A DNA stretch of 64,000 bases from Candidatus Woesearchaeota archaeon (GCA_016192945.1 JACPTE010000034.1:956-64955); one strand, 5' to 3'. Shown: positions 33,547 through 44,444, counted from the stretch's first letter. A program made the numbers and translations. Notes: generated by a model from the letters alone, not told the origin.

Positions 33547-34314
33547 TTAAATATTATGTATACTTCTTGCAAGGCTTTCCATCCTGTCAATTTCTGGCTT
33601 TAACCCTTCAGATGAGCCTTTTAAAGTGCGCCCTGAATAGATTTCTATTAATGCGCTTCCAACTATTACGCCATCAGCGCCAGCCCCTGCGAATCTTCTG
33701 GCCTGCCCTGCATTTGATATCCCGAAGCCAACATACAGGGTTTTTCCATTGCCTGCAAACTTCCTCATTCTTCTCACAAATTCAAGGCTTTCCTCACTCA
33801 CATCACTCCTCGCTCCTGTTGTCCCATAGGCAGAGACAAGATATGTGTACATCCCCTCATTTTCAATCAGCTCTCCTGCCCTTTCAGGAACTGTGTTAGG
33901 GGCAATCAGCTTGATGATGGATATTCCTCCAGCTTTTGCAACGACTTCTATCTCCCTGTCCTCTCCAAAAGGCAGGTCAGGGATTATCAGCCCCTGGACG
34001 CCAAAATCCTTCATTTTCTTGATGAACCTGCCCCTGCCATATGAATAAACTGTGTTGTAATATGCCATGAAAACAAAGGGGATTAAGATTCCCTCGCTTC
34101 TCAGCTCCCTTACCATCCCAAAAACCATGTCTGTGTTCGTCCCGTTATTCAAAGACCTTATAGATGCCTCCTGTATTGTTTTCCCATCAGCTATCGGGTC
34201 TGAGAACGGTATGCCCAGCTCAATTACTGCTGAATAAGGCTCCATGGCCTTGACAAAAGACTTTGTCATGCTTAAGCTTGGGTCTCCGCAGCATAAATAT
34301 GGCACAAAATTCAT
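33547..34314 (-). CDS. trpA: tryptophan synthase alpha chain
   Basis: 255 aa TIM-barrel TrpA signatures ([13 protein letters not shown]; GFGIS). Confidence 0.9.
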   Translation of the reverse strand: MNFVPYLCCGDPSLSMTKSFVKAMEPYSAVIELGIPFSDPIADGKTIQEASIRSLNNGTNTDMVFGMVRELRSEGILIPFVFMAYYNTVYSYGRGRFIKKMKDFGVQGLIIPDLPFGEDREIEVVAKAGGISIIKLIAPNTVPERAGELIENEGMYTYLVSAYGTTGARSDVSEESLEFVRRMRKFAGNGKTLYVGFGISNAGQARRFAGAGADGVIVGSALIEIYSGRTLKGSSEGLKPEIDRMESLARSIHNI

Positions 34315-35489
34315 ATCAGGCCCTCTATCCTTCCCACATACTCCACATCCTTGTCACCCCTTCCTGAAAGGTTCAGGATTGCAACATCCCCTTTTTTGCA
34401 TTTCCCTGAAAGGACTGGAAGATATGCTATTGCATGCGCAGACTCCAATGCAGGGATTATTCCCTCTGTTGTGCTCAGGAGATGAAACCCTCCAAGGGCG
34501 TCTGAATCACTCACATGAACATACTCAACCCTCCTGGTCGTGCTAAGGTAAGCATGCTCAGGCCCTATGGCAGGGTAATCCAGCCCTGCGGATACTGAAT
34601 GGGTTTCCCTTATCTGGCCGAAGGGGTCCTGAAGCACATAAGTCAGGGAGCCGTGCAAAACCCCTTTTTTTCCATCGCCACTTATCCTTGCAGCATGCCT
34701 TCCTGTTGAAATGCCCTCTCCCCCAGCCTCCACTCCAACCATTTTCACATCCTTATCGTCCATGAAATGGGAAAAGAGCCCTATTGCATTGCTCCCTCCC
34801 CCAACACATGCGACCAGGTAATCAGGAAGCCTGCCCTCCTGCTCAATAACCTGCTTTCTTGCCTCAAGGCCGATAACACTCTGGAAATGCCTGACAATGC
34901 CCGGATAAGGATGCGGCCCCAATGCAGAGCCCAGGACATAGTGAGTGTCATTGCAATTAGTTGTATAATCCCTCAGGGCGTCGTTTATCGCATCCTTCAA
35001 GGTTTTTGAGCCAGAGCTGACTTTTATCACCTTGGCCCCAAGCAGGTTCATCCTGTAAACATTCAGCTTCTGCCTCTCTGCATCCTTGCTTCCCATATAG
35101 ATTTCGCACTCCAATCCAAGCAGTGCAGCCGCTGCCGCAGTTGCAACTCCATGCTGCCCAGCCCCTGTCTCTGCGATAACCCTTTTTTTCCCCATGAATT
35201 TCGCAAGAAGTGCCTGCCCGATTGTATTGTTTATCTTGTGCGCCCCTGTATGCAGAAGGTCTTCCCTTTTTAGGTATACCTTAATATTCCCAAGCCTCCT
35301 GCTCAGGTTCTCAGCAAGATACAGGGGCGTTGGCCTTCCAGCATATCTGGAGAGATAGCTATCCAGCTTAGCCTGAAACTCACTGCTCTTCACTGCCTTT
35401 TCAAAGCAGGTTTCCAACTCCTTCAGCACAGGGACAAGCAGCTCTGGAATGTATGCCCCTCCAAACTCCCCAAATCTTTTTTCAATCAT
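34311..35489 (-). CDS. trpB: tryptophan synthase beta chain
   Basis: PLP-enzyme motif HTGAHKINN and GGGSNAIG. Confidence 0.9.
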   Translation of the reverse strand: MIEKRFGEFGGAYIPELLVPVLKELETCFEKAVKSSEFQAKLDSYLSRYAGRPTPLYLAENLSRRLGNIKVYLKREDLLHTGAHKINNTIGQALLAKFMGKKRVIAETGAGQHGVATAAAAALLGLECEIYMGSKDAERQKLNVYRMNLLGAKVIKVSSGSKTLKDAINDALRDYTTNCNDTHYVLGSALGPHPYPGIVRHFQSVIGLEARKQVIEQEGRLPDYLVACVGGGSNAIGLFSHFMDDKDVKMVGVEAGGEGISTGRHAARISGDGKKGVLHGSLTYVLQDPFGQIRETHSVSAGLDYPAIGPEHAYLSTTRRVEYVHVSDSDALGGFHLLSTTEGIIPALESAHAIAYLPVLSGKCKKGDVAILNLSGRGDKDVEYVGRIEGLI

Positions 35490-36250
35490 AGCTTCAGCTC
35501 CCTTATTTTTGCAGCCTTATCATTTGAAAGCCACAAGGATGTTCCCACAAGAATTCCCCTAGCACCTGAAGCCCTCAGGAATTCTGCATCTGTTCTTGAC
35601 CTGATGCCGCTCTCGCTGATTACAGGCTTGGATATATTTGAAAAAGAGCTGAGGATTTCAGGCGTCCTGTTCAGGCTCACTTTCAAGCTCTGCAAATCCC
35701 TGTTATTTATGCCCAGGATGTCTGCCTTTGTAAGCAGCGCCCTTTCCATCTCCCCAGTATCGTAGCATTCAAGCAGGACTTCAAGGCCATAACTGTGGGC
35801 ATACCCTATCATTGCATCAATGTCAAGGTTCAGCCTGCCAGCAACCTTTGCTATTAGAAGAATGCAGTCAGCCCCAATCCCTGATGCTGCCTTTATCTGA
35901 GCATCGCTAATTACAAAGTCCTTGAACAATACAGGAAGCCCTGCCTTTTTTGCAATTGGAATGTTATTCAGATTTCCCTTGAATATTACAGGCTCCACAA
36001 CAACTGAAATCGCATCCGCACCAGCATGCCTGAACTCAAGGGCTGCCTTTTCAACGTCAATATCCACAAACTCATATTCTCCTGCAGGCGATGCGTGCTT
36101 TATCTCTGCAATTATGCTGAAATCATTTAAGTCCAGCCTTTTTCTTAATGAAACTACTGGAGCTGCCCTCTTTTCTGTTCCACATGCTTCATAATATCCG
36201 CTTCTCAGGTTATCCCCTGCCTGCGATATGAACCTGTCAAGTATGTCCAT
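35486..36250 (-). CDS. trpC: indole-3-glycerol phosphate synthase
   Basis: 254 aa IGPS barrel ([11 protein letters not shown]; LLIA); no fused PRAI domain. Confidence 0.85.
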   Translation of the reverse strand: MDILDRFISQAGDNLRSGYYEACGTEKRAAPVVSLRKRLDLNDFSIIAEIKHASPAGEYEFVDIDVEKAALEFRHAGADAISVVVEPVIFKGNLNNIPIAKKAGLPVLFKDFVISDAQIKAASGIGADCILLIAKVAGRLNLDIDAMIGYAHSYGLEVLLECYDTGEMERALLTKADILGINNRDLQSLKVSLNRTPEILSSFSNISKPVISESGIRSRTDAEFLRASGARGILVGTSLWLSNDKAAKIRELKL

Positions 36251-37250
36251 CTGAATCCCTCAGCAAATCCAGCTTTTCCATTGCCCTGCCGGAGCCAATT
36301 GATTTTTCAGCCATGCTGATACCCTGCTTTATGCTGGATGCAATCCCGCCAACATATATGGATGCGCCTGCATTAAGCAAAACAACATCCCTCGCAGGGC
36401 CAAGCCCTCCCTTAAGCACGTTTAGTATGATTCCAGCGCTTTCCCTGCAGCTGCCAGCGCATATGCCTTCAATGCGCGCCCTCTTAAATCCGAATTCCTC
36501 AGGGGTTATAATATAGCTTTCAGTCCTGCTGCCAGTGATTTCGCAAATCAGAGTCTGGCTGCTGATGCTAATCTCATCTATGTCACTGGTTGCGAGAATG
36601 GTTTTCTCTGTGCCAAGCTTTACCACAGCCTTTCCCATCTTTTCCATCAATGAGCTGCTGGGAACCCCTATGAGCTGCCTTTGCGCATTTCCAGGATTTG
36701 TCAAAGGGCCGAGCATGTTAAACACTGTCCTGAACCCAAGCTCCCTCCTTACATCGGCAACATTCCTCATTGCAGGATGGAATGATGGCGCGAAAAGGAA
36801 TGCCAGGCCGATGGAGTCAATTTGCCGCTCTGCAGTTTCCCTTCCGCAAATAATGCTGACTCCAAGTTCCTCAAGGACATCAGCACTTCCGCTTCGGCTT
36901 GATGAAGACCTGTTCCCGTGCTTTGCTATCACAGCCCCAGCCCCGGCTGCTACAATTGCAGAGCATGTTGAAATGTTGAAGGTCCCCCTGCCGTCCCCGC
37001 CTGTACCGCAGGTGTCAACCAGATTGGCAGACTTCGGGCTTATCGTTATGGCGCTTTTTTTCATCCTCATGGCAAATGCCGCGATTTCATCCGGCGTTTC
37101 ACCCTTTGCCTTGAGCAGCGACAAAAACGAGGCTATCTGGGAATTGTTAACCCTGCCCTCCATCATCTCCTGAAGCGCAAACCCCGCCTCATCACCTGTC
37201 AATTCCTGCATTTCAACCAGCTTCCCCAAAATATCATCAAATCCAGTCAT
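36237..37250 (-). CDS. trpD: anthranilate phosphoribosyltransferase
   Basis: GTGGDG motif and TrpD fold. Confidence 0.9.
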   Translation of the reverse strand: MTGFDDILGKLVEMQELTGDEAGFALQEMMEGRVNNSQIASFLSLLKAKGETPDEIAAFAMRMKKSAITISPKSANLVDTCGTGGDGRGTFNISTCSAIVAAGAGAVIAKHGNRSSSSRSGSADVLEELGVSIICGRETAERQIDSIGLAFLFAPSFHPAMRNVADVRRELGFRTVFNMLGPLTNPGNAQRQLIGVPSSSLMEKMGKAVVKLGTEKTILATSDIDEISISSQTLICEITGSRTESYIITPEEFGFKRARIEGICAGSCRESAGIILNVLKGGLGPARDVVLLNAGASIYVGGIASSIKQGISMAEKSIGSGRAMEKLDLLRDSDGHT

Positions 37251-37840
37251 CTTCCAGCCCTGCAGAAATTATCCAGTATTTTTTTGCCAGACTCAGTCAT
37301 TATTGACTCAGGATGGAACTGAACCCCGAAGATAGGAAGGTGCCTGTGCTCAACAGACATTATAGCTCCGTCATCCTTGCTCCTTGCTGTTACCCTGAGG
37401 CATCCTGGAAGGGAGGAATCCTCTGCAACAAGCGAATGGTACCTCATCACTCTCAGCGGGCTCTTAATGCCTTTAAACAGGCCTGTTGAATCGTGGCTTA
37501 TCATGCTTGTTTTTCCGTGCATCGGCTTTTCAGCCCTTACCACCCTGCCCCCGAACACGCTGACAATGCCCTGATGACCGAGGCATACGCCAAGAATTGG
37601 GAGCTTTCCATTCAATTCACGAATTACCTCGCTGCAAACCCCAAAATCCCTTTTTATTGACGGGCTTCCAGGACCAGGGGAAATGACTACCAGGCCATAT
37701 TCCCTTCGCAATACCTCTTCAATGGTTATTTCGTTATTCCTGACAACATCAACATCCAATCCAAGCTCCCTGAAAGCCTGGTAGATATTGTAAACAAACG
37801 AGTCATAATTGTCAATAAGCAACAGCCTCTTTTTTGCCAT
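37247..37840 (-). CDS. trpG: anthranilate synthase component II (glutamine amidotransferase)
   Basis: Start at internal ATG 37840 (MAKKRLLLIDNYDSFVYN); class I GATase triad (GVCLGHQ; HPE); 1 nt after the trpE stop. Confidence 0.85.
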   Translation of the reverse strand: MAKKRLLLIDNYDSFVYNIYQAFRELGLDVDVVRNNEITIEEVLRREYGLVVISPGPGSPSIKRDFGVCSEVIRELNGKLPILGVCLGHQGIVSVFGGRVVRAEKPMHGKTSMISHDSTGLFKGIKSPLRVMRYHSLVAEDSSLPGCLRVTARSKDDGAIMSVEHRHLPIFGVQFHPESIMTESGKKILDNFCRAGR

Positions 37841-37841
37841 A

Positions 37842-39179
37842 TCATTCACCACCCATCGCATCCAACAGCGCCCTGACCTTCCTTTCAGACTCATCAAACT
37901 CCCTTTCAGGAACGCTGTCATAAACAATCCCAGCCCCTGCCTGAATATATGCCCTGTTCCCTTTTGCAAAAAGAGTCCTGATTGCAATTGCAAAGTCAGC
38001 GTTCCCATTTGAGGAGAAATACCCAACAGCACCTGCATAAGGACCCCTTGAGCGCCTTTCAACAGCCCTTATTATCTCAACAGCCCTTATCTTCGGGGCG
38101 CCTGACACGGTCCCTGCAGGAAATATTGCCTTGAACGCATCAAATGAGTCCTTCCCCTTTGCGAGCCTCGCAGTAACAAGAGAGGCGATGTGCTGCACGT
38201 GCGAGTATTTGTGGACGTTCATCAGCTCAGGAACCATTACAGTGCCTATATCAGCCACTTTTCCAATGTCATTCCTTGTCAAGTCCACAAGCATTAAATG
38301 CTCTGCCCTTTCCTTCTCGTCGCTTAAAAGGTCTGCTTCCAGCTTCCTGTCTTCTTCAGGCGTTTCCCCCCTTGGCCTTGTCCCTGCAAGGGTTGCATAG
38401 CTCGTTATTCCCCTACCTTCCACGCGAATAAGGTTTTCAGGGCTTGCACCCACTATACTTCTCTCGCCAAACTTAAGGTAATACATATATGGCGAGGGAT
38501 TTATTTTCTTAAGCTTGCTATAAAACCCAATCAGGTCGCCTGAGAAGATGATATCATGCCTCCTTGACAGCACCACCTGGAAAACGTCCCCTGAGATTAT
38601 GCTTTTTTTTGCAGTTTCCACGTTCCTGCAGAACTCAACTTTTGAAAGATTGCACTTCAAGCTCCTGATTTTTAATGGGGCAGTATCCTGAACCCTTTGC
38701 TCAAACAAGCCCATTATGGAGTTAAGCCTGCTTTCCCCTGAATAAGAGTAGACTGCCTTGCCTTTCCTGTGGTCATAAATGACAGCATCATCAAAAATCC
38801 CGAACTCAAAATCAGGAAAGCCCAAATCATCCGCTTCAGCAGGCTTCACCCTTTCAATGCGGCTTATGTAGTCAAATGAGAAATACCCAACAGCACCCCC
38901 GATAAAGCCCTCTGCCTCTGAAGGAGATTTCCTAATTTCTTTCTTCAGAATTTCCAGAGGGTCATCAAACTCAGTTTCATCCCCATTTATTTTCAGGGAC
39001 TTGCCTTTAAGCACTATTGCCTTTTTCGGAGAAAACCCTATAAAGGAGAACCTTGCAAGCCTCTCAGGACCCTCGCAGCTCTCCAGGAGAAAGGCATTCT
39101 CATGGTCTCTTGAGATGGCAGTGAAAAGCTCCAAAGGCGAGATTTTCAGGTCAAGGTCAACAGACTTTGCTTTTCGCAT
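37842..39179 (-). CDS. trpE: anthranilate synthase component I
   Basis: Chorismate-binding domain signatures (GAVGYFS; SGAPK). Confidence 0.9.
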   Translation of the reverse strand: MRKAKSVDLDLKISPLELFTAISRDHENAFLLESCEGPERLARFSFIGFSPKKAIVLKGKSLKINGDETEFDDPLEILKKEIRKSPSEAEGFIGGAVGYFSFDYISRIERVKPAEADDLGFPDFEFGIFDDAVIYDHRKGKAVYSYSGESRLNSIMGLFEQRVQDTAPLKIRSLKCNLSKVEFCRNVETAKKSIISGDVFQVVLSRRHDIIFSGDLIGFYSKLKKINPSPYMYYLKFGERSIVGASPENLIRVEGRGITSYATLAGTRPRGETPEEDRKLEADLLSDEKERAEHLMLVDLTRNDIGKVADIGTVMVPELMNVHKYSHVQHIASLVTARLAKGKDSFDAFKAIFPAGTVSGAPKIRAVEIIRAVERRSRGPYAGAVGYFSSNGNADFAIAIRTLFAKGNRAYIQAGAGIVYDSVPEREFDESERKVRALLDAMGGE

Positions 39180-39389
39180 GCTCAGACGCCCCCTGCACAG
39201 TAGAGCTTTCTTCTCAGGTCATTGAATGAGAATGATTCAGAAGAGTCAGAACTACGCAAAACTTCTAGAACATCCCTGCACGATTTCGGCAGCTTAGGAC
39301 AGCCACCGGCAATCGCCTTTCAACTTCAGGCAGCCTGCCCCAAAGGCAACCACCTGATTTACTTGAACCCATGAATCTCATGAAGATAG

Positions 39390-39392
39390 AGC
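39390..39392 (-). other. ATG of a possible 32-codon leaderless leader ORF (MGSSKSGGCLWGRLP...) upstream of trpE
   Basis: TATA GTATATAAA (minus strand, 39417..39425) about 27 nt upstream; the ORF ends about 100 nt before trpE. Confidence 0.15.
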
Positions 39393-39523
39393 TTGTTTAT
39401 ATACTTTTTGATTTCAAAAATCATTGTAATTGGATTATGTTTTCTGCTTTCTTTTTTGCAGCGCAAATGATTTTTGAACTAGCAAAGGGAGTTTTTCAAA
39501 GTTCTCTATTTGCGTAAATAGGA

Positions 39524-40474
39524 TTAATGCCTTAACGCTTTTTTGCCTATTGCCCTTTTCACAGCAGAAACAATATGCTCTTCGCTCAACCCGTATTTCC
39601 TGTAAAGCTCCTCCGGCTTTCCAGACTCTGCAAAAGTGTCCTTTACAGCAACTTTTTGAACTGGAAGGAAGAATTCAGACTCGTTCAATGCCTCTTCAAC
39701 AGCACTGCCCAGCCCTCCGATAATGCTATGGTCTTCGGCTGTGACAACTGCTTTTGTCTGCCTTGCATGCTTCAGCAGCAATTCCTTGTCCAGAGGCTTT
39801 ATTGATGACATGTTGATGACAGCAGCCTTAATGCCCTCGGATTCAAGCGTGGATGCAGCTTTCAATGATTCAGAAACCATTGTTCCACAGGCGAATATTG
39901 CAGCGTCGCTGCCTTCCCTGACAACATACCCACTGCCGATTTCAAAAACATGAGAGTCATCATACAGGATTGGGACAGGGGCTCTGGACATGCGCATATA
40001 AGCCGGGCCAACATGATTATAGAGGGCAGTTACTGCTTTTTCTGTCTGGATAGCGTCTGATGGAACAAGGACAACCATATTCGGAAGGGCTCGCATGCAT
40101 GCAATATCTGTTATTTCCTGGGCTGTTGGCCCATCTTCCCCGGTAGCAAGACCCGCATGGCTTCCAACCAGCTTAACATTCATTTTTGAATAGCATACTG
40201 AAACAAAAATCTGGTCAAAGGCCCTCCTGACCAGAAAGCAGGCAAAGCTGGATGCAAACGGCTTTTTCCCCTGTGATGCAAGCCCTGCAGCTGCGCAAAC
40301 CATGTCAGCCTCGCTGATTCCCATTGTGAAAAACCTTTCAGGATATTTCTCTCCAAACTGCAAGCTCCTTGTTGAGTCCTGCAAATCAGCGTCAAGCACA
40401 ACTACATCAGCATCTTCCGCTATCTTAAGGAGGCCCTTTCCGTACCCATCCCTTATTGCTGCTGCCTTTTCCAT
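39524..40474 (-). CDS. tktC: transketolase, C-terminal section (split archaeal type)
   Basis: Pyrimidine-binding and C-terminal transketolase domains; start at internal ATG 40474, 1 nt after the tktN stop. Confidence 0.85.
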   Translation of the reverse strand: MEKAAAIRDGYGKGLLKIAEDADVVVLDADLQDSTRSLQFGEKYPERFFTMGISEADMVCAAAGLASQGKKPFASSFACFLVRRAFDQIFVSVCYSKMNVKLVGSHAGLATGEDGPTAQEITDIACMRALPNMVVLVPSDAIQTEKAVTALYNHVGPAYMRMSRAPVPILYDDSHVFEIGSGYVVREGSDAAIFACGTMVSESLKAASTLESEGIKAAVINMSSIKPLDKELLLKHARQTKAVVTAEDHSIIGGLGSAVEEALNESEFFLPVQKVAVKDTFAESGKPEELYRKYGLSEEHIVSAVKRAIGKKALRH

Positions 40475-40475
40475 A

Positions 40476-41300
40476 TCAGTCAGCCTCAATCTCTGCCAAG
40501 GCAAGCTTCAGCTGCTCAGCGTTAGGTGCTTTTCCGTGCCATGAGGAAACCCCCTCCATGAATGAAACCCCCTTGCCCTTGATGGTTTTTGCAATTATAA
40601 CTTTTGGCTTACCCCTTATCTTCACAGCAAGATCAAACGCATTCATAAGCTCCCTTACATTATGCCCGTCAATCTCTATGGCATGCCATCCGAATGCCTC
40701 AAACTTGTCTGTTAATGGCTCAATCCCCATCAGCTTTTCTGTAGGCCCGTTCTGCTGGAGACCATTCCTGTCAACTATTGCGATGACATTGTCCAGCTTG
40801 TAATGGGATGCTGACTTCGCAGCCTCCCATACCTGCCCTTCCTGGAGCTCCCCATCCCCCAGAATAACATAAACATTGTAGGCTTTGCTGTCCAACTTCC
40901 CTGCAAGCGCCATACCGTTCCCAACAGACAATCCCTGGCCAAGGCTGCCTGTGCATATCTCCACACCAGGCGTATATATGCTCGCGTGACCCTGAAGCCT
41001 GGAGTTCAGCTGCCTGTATGTCACAAGCTCCTCTCTCGGGAAAAACCCGGCCTCTGCCATTGCAGCATAAAGCCCGGGAGTTGCATGGCCCTTGCTCATC
41101 ACAAACCTGTCCCTCCCATCCCATTTAAGGTTTCTCGTGTCATACCTCATCTGATAAAAGAAAAGAACTGAAAGAATCTCAGCGCATGAAAGGCTTCCTC
41201 CAGGATGGCCTGAGCCAGCCCTGTTAATCATTATCAGGCTCTGCTTCCTGATTTCATTTGCTATCATGCTCAACTTATCAGCGCTTTTTTCCATCTGCAT
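40476..41300 (-). CDS. tktN: transketolase, N-terminal section (TPP-binding)
   Basis: TPP-binding motif GDGELQEG; own TATA (TTATAAAATATAAATTT on minus strand, 41318..41335). Confidence 0.85.
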   Translation of the reverse strand: MQMEKSADKLSMIANEIRKQSLIMINRAGSGHPGGSLSCAEILSVLFFYQMRYDTRNLKWDGRDRFVMSKGHATPGLYAAMAEAGFFPREELVTYRQLNSRLQGHASIYTPGVEICTGSLGQGLSVGNGMALAGKLDSKAYNVYVILGDGELQEGQVWEAAKSASHYKLDNVIAIVDRNGLQQNGPTEKLMGIEPLTDKFEAFGWHAIEIDGHNVRELMNAFDLAVKIRGKPKVIIAKTIKGKGVSFMEGVSSWHGKAPNAEQLKLALAEIEAD

Positions 41301-41345
41301 AACAAACTGGTGTAAAATTTATATTTTATAATCTTTTTCATTCAG

Positions 41346-42170
41346 TCATTCAGGTTTAGTCGGGTAGCACCCAAGCACCCTCATAAACGTAGTGTTCCTT
41401 TCCAGCTCGCTGACTGAATCACTCACTGGCTTTTCTTCAACATCCCCTATGAAGTCAATATAAAAAAAGTATTCCCACTGCCTGCCCCTGACAGGCCTTG
41501 AGGCAATCTTTGTAAGGTTTATCCGGTTTTTTGCAAATCCCCCAAGGCATTTATACAGGGCTCCAGGGACATGCCTTGCCATGAACACCAGGGATGTCTT
41601 TTTTTCCATTTCAGGCGAGTCCCCCCATATTTTTTTGCCTATTATGAAAAACCTTGTTGTGTTGTTCCTGGAACCCTGAATCCCCTTTTTCAGGACTTTC
41701 ATCCTGTAAATATCCGCAGCAAGACAGCTTGCCACTGCTGCATTTTCCATCTTTCCACTTTCCTTTACAATCCCAACAGCCCCTGCAGTGTCGTAAACAG
41801 CTATCTTCTCTGCATTCAGGCTGTTGAGAAACCCCTCTGATTGGGCCAGTGCCTGAATGTGGGAGTAAACCTTTTTTATGTCTTTCAGCCTGGCATTTTT
41901 CTGGCCTATCAGGCAGTGCTCCACTTTCAGGAAAACCTCCCCTGTTATTGAAAGCCTGCTTTCAAGCAGCAAATCATAGTTCTCCAATATGTCGCCTGCT
42001 GTTGAGTTCTCAATCGGGATTATCCCGAATTCGGCTTTGCCTCCAGATACTATGCCAAATACTTCCCTGAATGTCCTTGAAGGGATTGTCCTTATACCTT
42101 TTGGGAATGCCTTGTATGCCGCCATCTCGCTGTATGCGCCATGCTCTCCCTGGAATGCCACGCTTACCAC
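41346..42170 (-). CDS. pheA: prephenate dehydratase
   Basis: PDT domain with TRF motif (NNTTRFFIIG) and C-terminal ACT domain. Confidence 0.8.
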   Translation of the reverse strand: MVSVAFQGEHGAYSEMAAYKAFPKGIRTIPSRTFREVFGIVSGGKAEFGIIPIENSTAGDILENYDLLLESRLSITGEVFLKVEHCLIGQKNARLKDIKKVYSHIQALAQSEGFLNSLNAEKIAVYDTAGAVGIVKESGKMENAAVASCLAADIYRMKVLKKGIQGSRNNTTRFFIIGKKIWGDSPEMEKKTSLVFMARHVPGALYKCLGGFAKNRINLTKIASRPVRGRQWEYFFYIDFIGDVEEKPVSDSVSELERNTTFMRVLGCYPTKPE

Positions 42171-42892
42171 GATTTGCTCACCTTTTGCATTGTTCTTATG
42201 AACTTCCTTATGACTGGCCCTGAAAACCTGTTATATGCGTTCATATCATTGAATAGCTGCATTGTGTCGTTAGTTACGTGGTCGCTAATCATTACAAGCC
42301 TCCTGTAGCCCAGGGTGTCTATTTCCTGGCTTCTTATCCCTGCCTTTGATAACGCCCTCCCAATGCTGTGCACCAGGCTTAGCGCGTTAGCTATTTTCCT
42401 GTCGTGGTTTGACGGGTTGGTGATAATAACCTTTAAACCAAATTTTTTCATCCACCTCCTTACAGAAGACAGCCTGCGTGGCTTTATCCTGACAGGGCAG
42501 ACAACTATCTTCCTATTTTCAGCATCCATAAAGCTGTCAGGGCCGAACAACGGATGCGTGGCTATGATGTCCACCTGTTTTGGAAGCAGCTTTTTCATAA
42601 TTCTTGCAGGGTATTCCTTTACAGAGCACACGTCCATTACAATAGAGCCCTTTTTAACATAAGGCTTTATCCTGATGATTGAATTCCTCAACTTGGATAT
42701 CGGAACGCACAAGACCACTATGTCTGATGAAGCCGCTACACTCAATGAGGCCATCGCAATCCCCAGCTTCCTGGCTGCTTTCCTTTTATCAGCAGTGTCA
42801 TATGCTGCTATTCTGAAGCGCCTTTTCAGCTTAGCTGCGGCCAGCTTTCCAAACCTTCCCAGTCCGATTATGCCTAATGTTTTTTTATTCAT
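42164..42892 (-). CDS. tyrA: prephenate dehydrogenase
   Basis: N-terminal Rossmann GLGRFG; TyrA-family core. Confidence 0.75.
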   Translation of the reverse strand: MNKKTLGIIGLGRFGKLAAAKLKRRFRIAAYDTADKRKAARKLGIAMASLSVAASSDIVVLCVPISKLRNSIIRIKPYVKKGSIVMDVCSVKEYPARIMKKLLPKQVDIIATHPLFGPDSFMDAENRKIVVCPVRIKPRRLSSVRRWMKKFGLKVIITNPSNHDRKIANALSLVHSIGRALSKAGIRSQEIDTLGYRRLVMISDHVTNDTMQLFNDMNAYNRFSGPVIRKFIRTMQKVSKSW

Positions 42893-43949
42893 ATGCCTTC
42901 TGCCTCAGCAAGTGGTCCATAATTACGAGGGCTACCATCGCCTCTACAACAGGCACAGCCCTTGGGCAAAGGCACGGGTCAAACCTGCCTTCAACCATCA
43001 ATTTTGCATCCCTGCCTGACCTGCTCAATGTTTTCTGCTCCTTCCTTATTGATGAAGTGGGCTTTATTGCAGCCCTTACTATTATTTCCTGCCCGCTTGA
43101 AATCCCTCCAAGAACGCCCCCTGCGTGGTTTGAGAGGAATCCCCTTTCTGAGAGCTCATCATTTGATTCAGAGCCCTTCATCTCAGCAACCCTGAAGCCA
43201 TCGCCTATCTCAATTCCCTTTACAGCCCCTATGCTCATTACTGCCTTTGCAATGTCTGCGCTGAGCTTGTCAAATGTTGGCTCTCCAAGCCCTGCCGGGA
43301 CATTTTTAGCAGTCACTTCAACAACTCCCCCTATGGAATCCCCCTCAGCCTTCAGCTGCAGGATGAGCTTTTCCATCTCCCCTGCCTTTTTGGAGCTGGC
43401 TGCCCTCACAGGGTTCTTTTCAATCTCCCCGTAGTCAATTTCGTTCTCTTCAATCCTTATTTTTCCAACCTGCCTTGTGAATCCGGTGATGCTGATTCCA
43501 TGCTTTTCAAGGATTTTTCTTGCGATTGCTGCGGCAGCCACCCTTCCAACCTGCTCCCTTGCAGAGCTTCTTCCACCCCCTCTCCAGTCCCTTATCCCGT
43601 ACTTCTTCTCATAGGTGTAGTCTGCATGGCCTGGCCTGTAAAGCTCCTTGAACTTCTCGTATTTGCTTGAGTCAATGTCCTCGTTCATGACCATAATGGA
43701 TATTGGCGCTCCTGTTGTCCTGCCTTCAAAAACACCAGACATTATCTCTGCCCTGTCTGGCTCATTTCTTGGTGTAGTCACTGAGCTTTGGCCTGGCCTT
43801 CGCCTGTCAAGTTCCTTCTGGATGTCCTTCTCGCTTAGTTCTATATTTGGCGGGCACCCGTCCACAACCACACCTACAGCCTTTCCATGAGACTCTCCCC
43901 ATGTAGTCAGCCTGAACAAATTTCCGAATGTGCTTGTCATTTTTTCCAC
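42885..43949 (-). CDS. aroC: chorismate synthase
   Basis: FGNLFRLTTWGESHG N-terminus and conserved chorismate synthase signatures. Confidence 0.9.
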   Translation of the reverse strand: MEKMTSTFGNLFRLTTWGESHGKAVGVVVDGCPPNIELSEKDIQKELDRRRPGQSSVTTPRNEPDRAEIMSGVFEGRTTGAPISIMVMNEDIDSSKYEKFKELYRPGHADYTYEKKYGIRDWRGGGRSSAREQVGRVAAAAIARKILEKHGISITGFTRQVGKIRIEENEIDYGEIEKNPVRAASSKKAGEMEKLILQLKAEGDSIGGVVEVTAKNVPAGLGEPTFDKLSADIAKAVMSIGAVKGIEIGDGFRVAEMKGSESNDELSERGFLSNHAGGVLGGISSGQEIIVRAAIKPTSSIRKEQKTLSRSGRDAKLMVEGRFDPCLCPRAVPVVEAMVALVIMDHLLRQKAYE

Positions 43950-44443
43950 TTTCCAATTGCCAGCAAGGCAATCATCCCAGCTGCGTGAGATGGCGTGATT
44001 TCTGTTGTGTCAACAACTGCGTCTGCCATCCCAAGATACTTTTTCTCCCTCTTCTTTATTACCTCTCCTATTTCCCTCAATGAGCCCTTTCCGGTAATGG
44101 AGGGCCTGCCTGACTTTTTTATCCTTGACTTTATTGCGCCGGGCGATGCTGTTAAAAGTATTACAAGGCTTTTCTTCCTGATTTTTATCCTGTTCTCTGT
44201 GAGGCCTCCTCCGCCGACAGATATCACCGAGTTATTTTTCCTCATTGCAGACTTTATCTCCCTTGACTCAAGTTCCCTGAATCCCTTCCATCCGAACTTT
44301 TCAACTATTTCAGGTATTTTCATCCCTGCTGATTTTTCAATGCTGCTGTCAGTGTCTATGAGCCGCATTTTGAGCCTTTTGCAAAGCAGCCTGCCAACTG
44401 CCGTTTTCCCGGTGCCCCTGTAGCCTGTCAGCATTATGTTCAT
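43937..44443 (-). CDS. aroK: shikimate kinase, P-loop AroK type (bacterial-like)
   Basis: Start at internal ATG 44443 (MNIMLTGYRGTGKTAVGRLL Walker A); about 170 aa; 1 nt after the aroA stop. Confidence 0.7.
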   Translation of the reverse strand: MNIMLTGYRGTGKTAVGRLLCKRLKMRLIDTDSSIEKSAGMKIPEIVEKFGWKGFRELESREIKSAMRKNNSVISVGGGGLTENRIKIRKKSLVILLTASPGAIKSRIKKSGRPSITGKGSLREIGEVIKKREKKYLGMADAVVDTTEITPSHAAGMIALLAIGKWKK

Positions 44444-44444
44444 T

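Noticed and set aside
37841-38062. 74-codon N-terminal extension of the trpG ORF overlapping trpE
   Set aside because: GATase homology begins at MAKKRLLLIDNYDSF (ATG 37840), 1 nt after the trpE stop; upstream part overlaps trpE out of frame.
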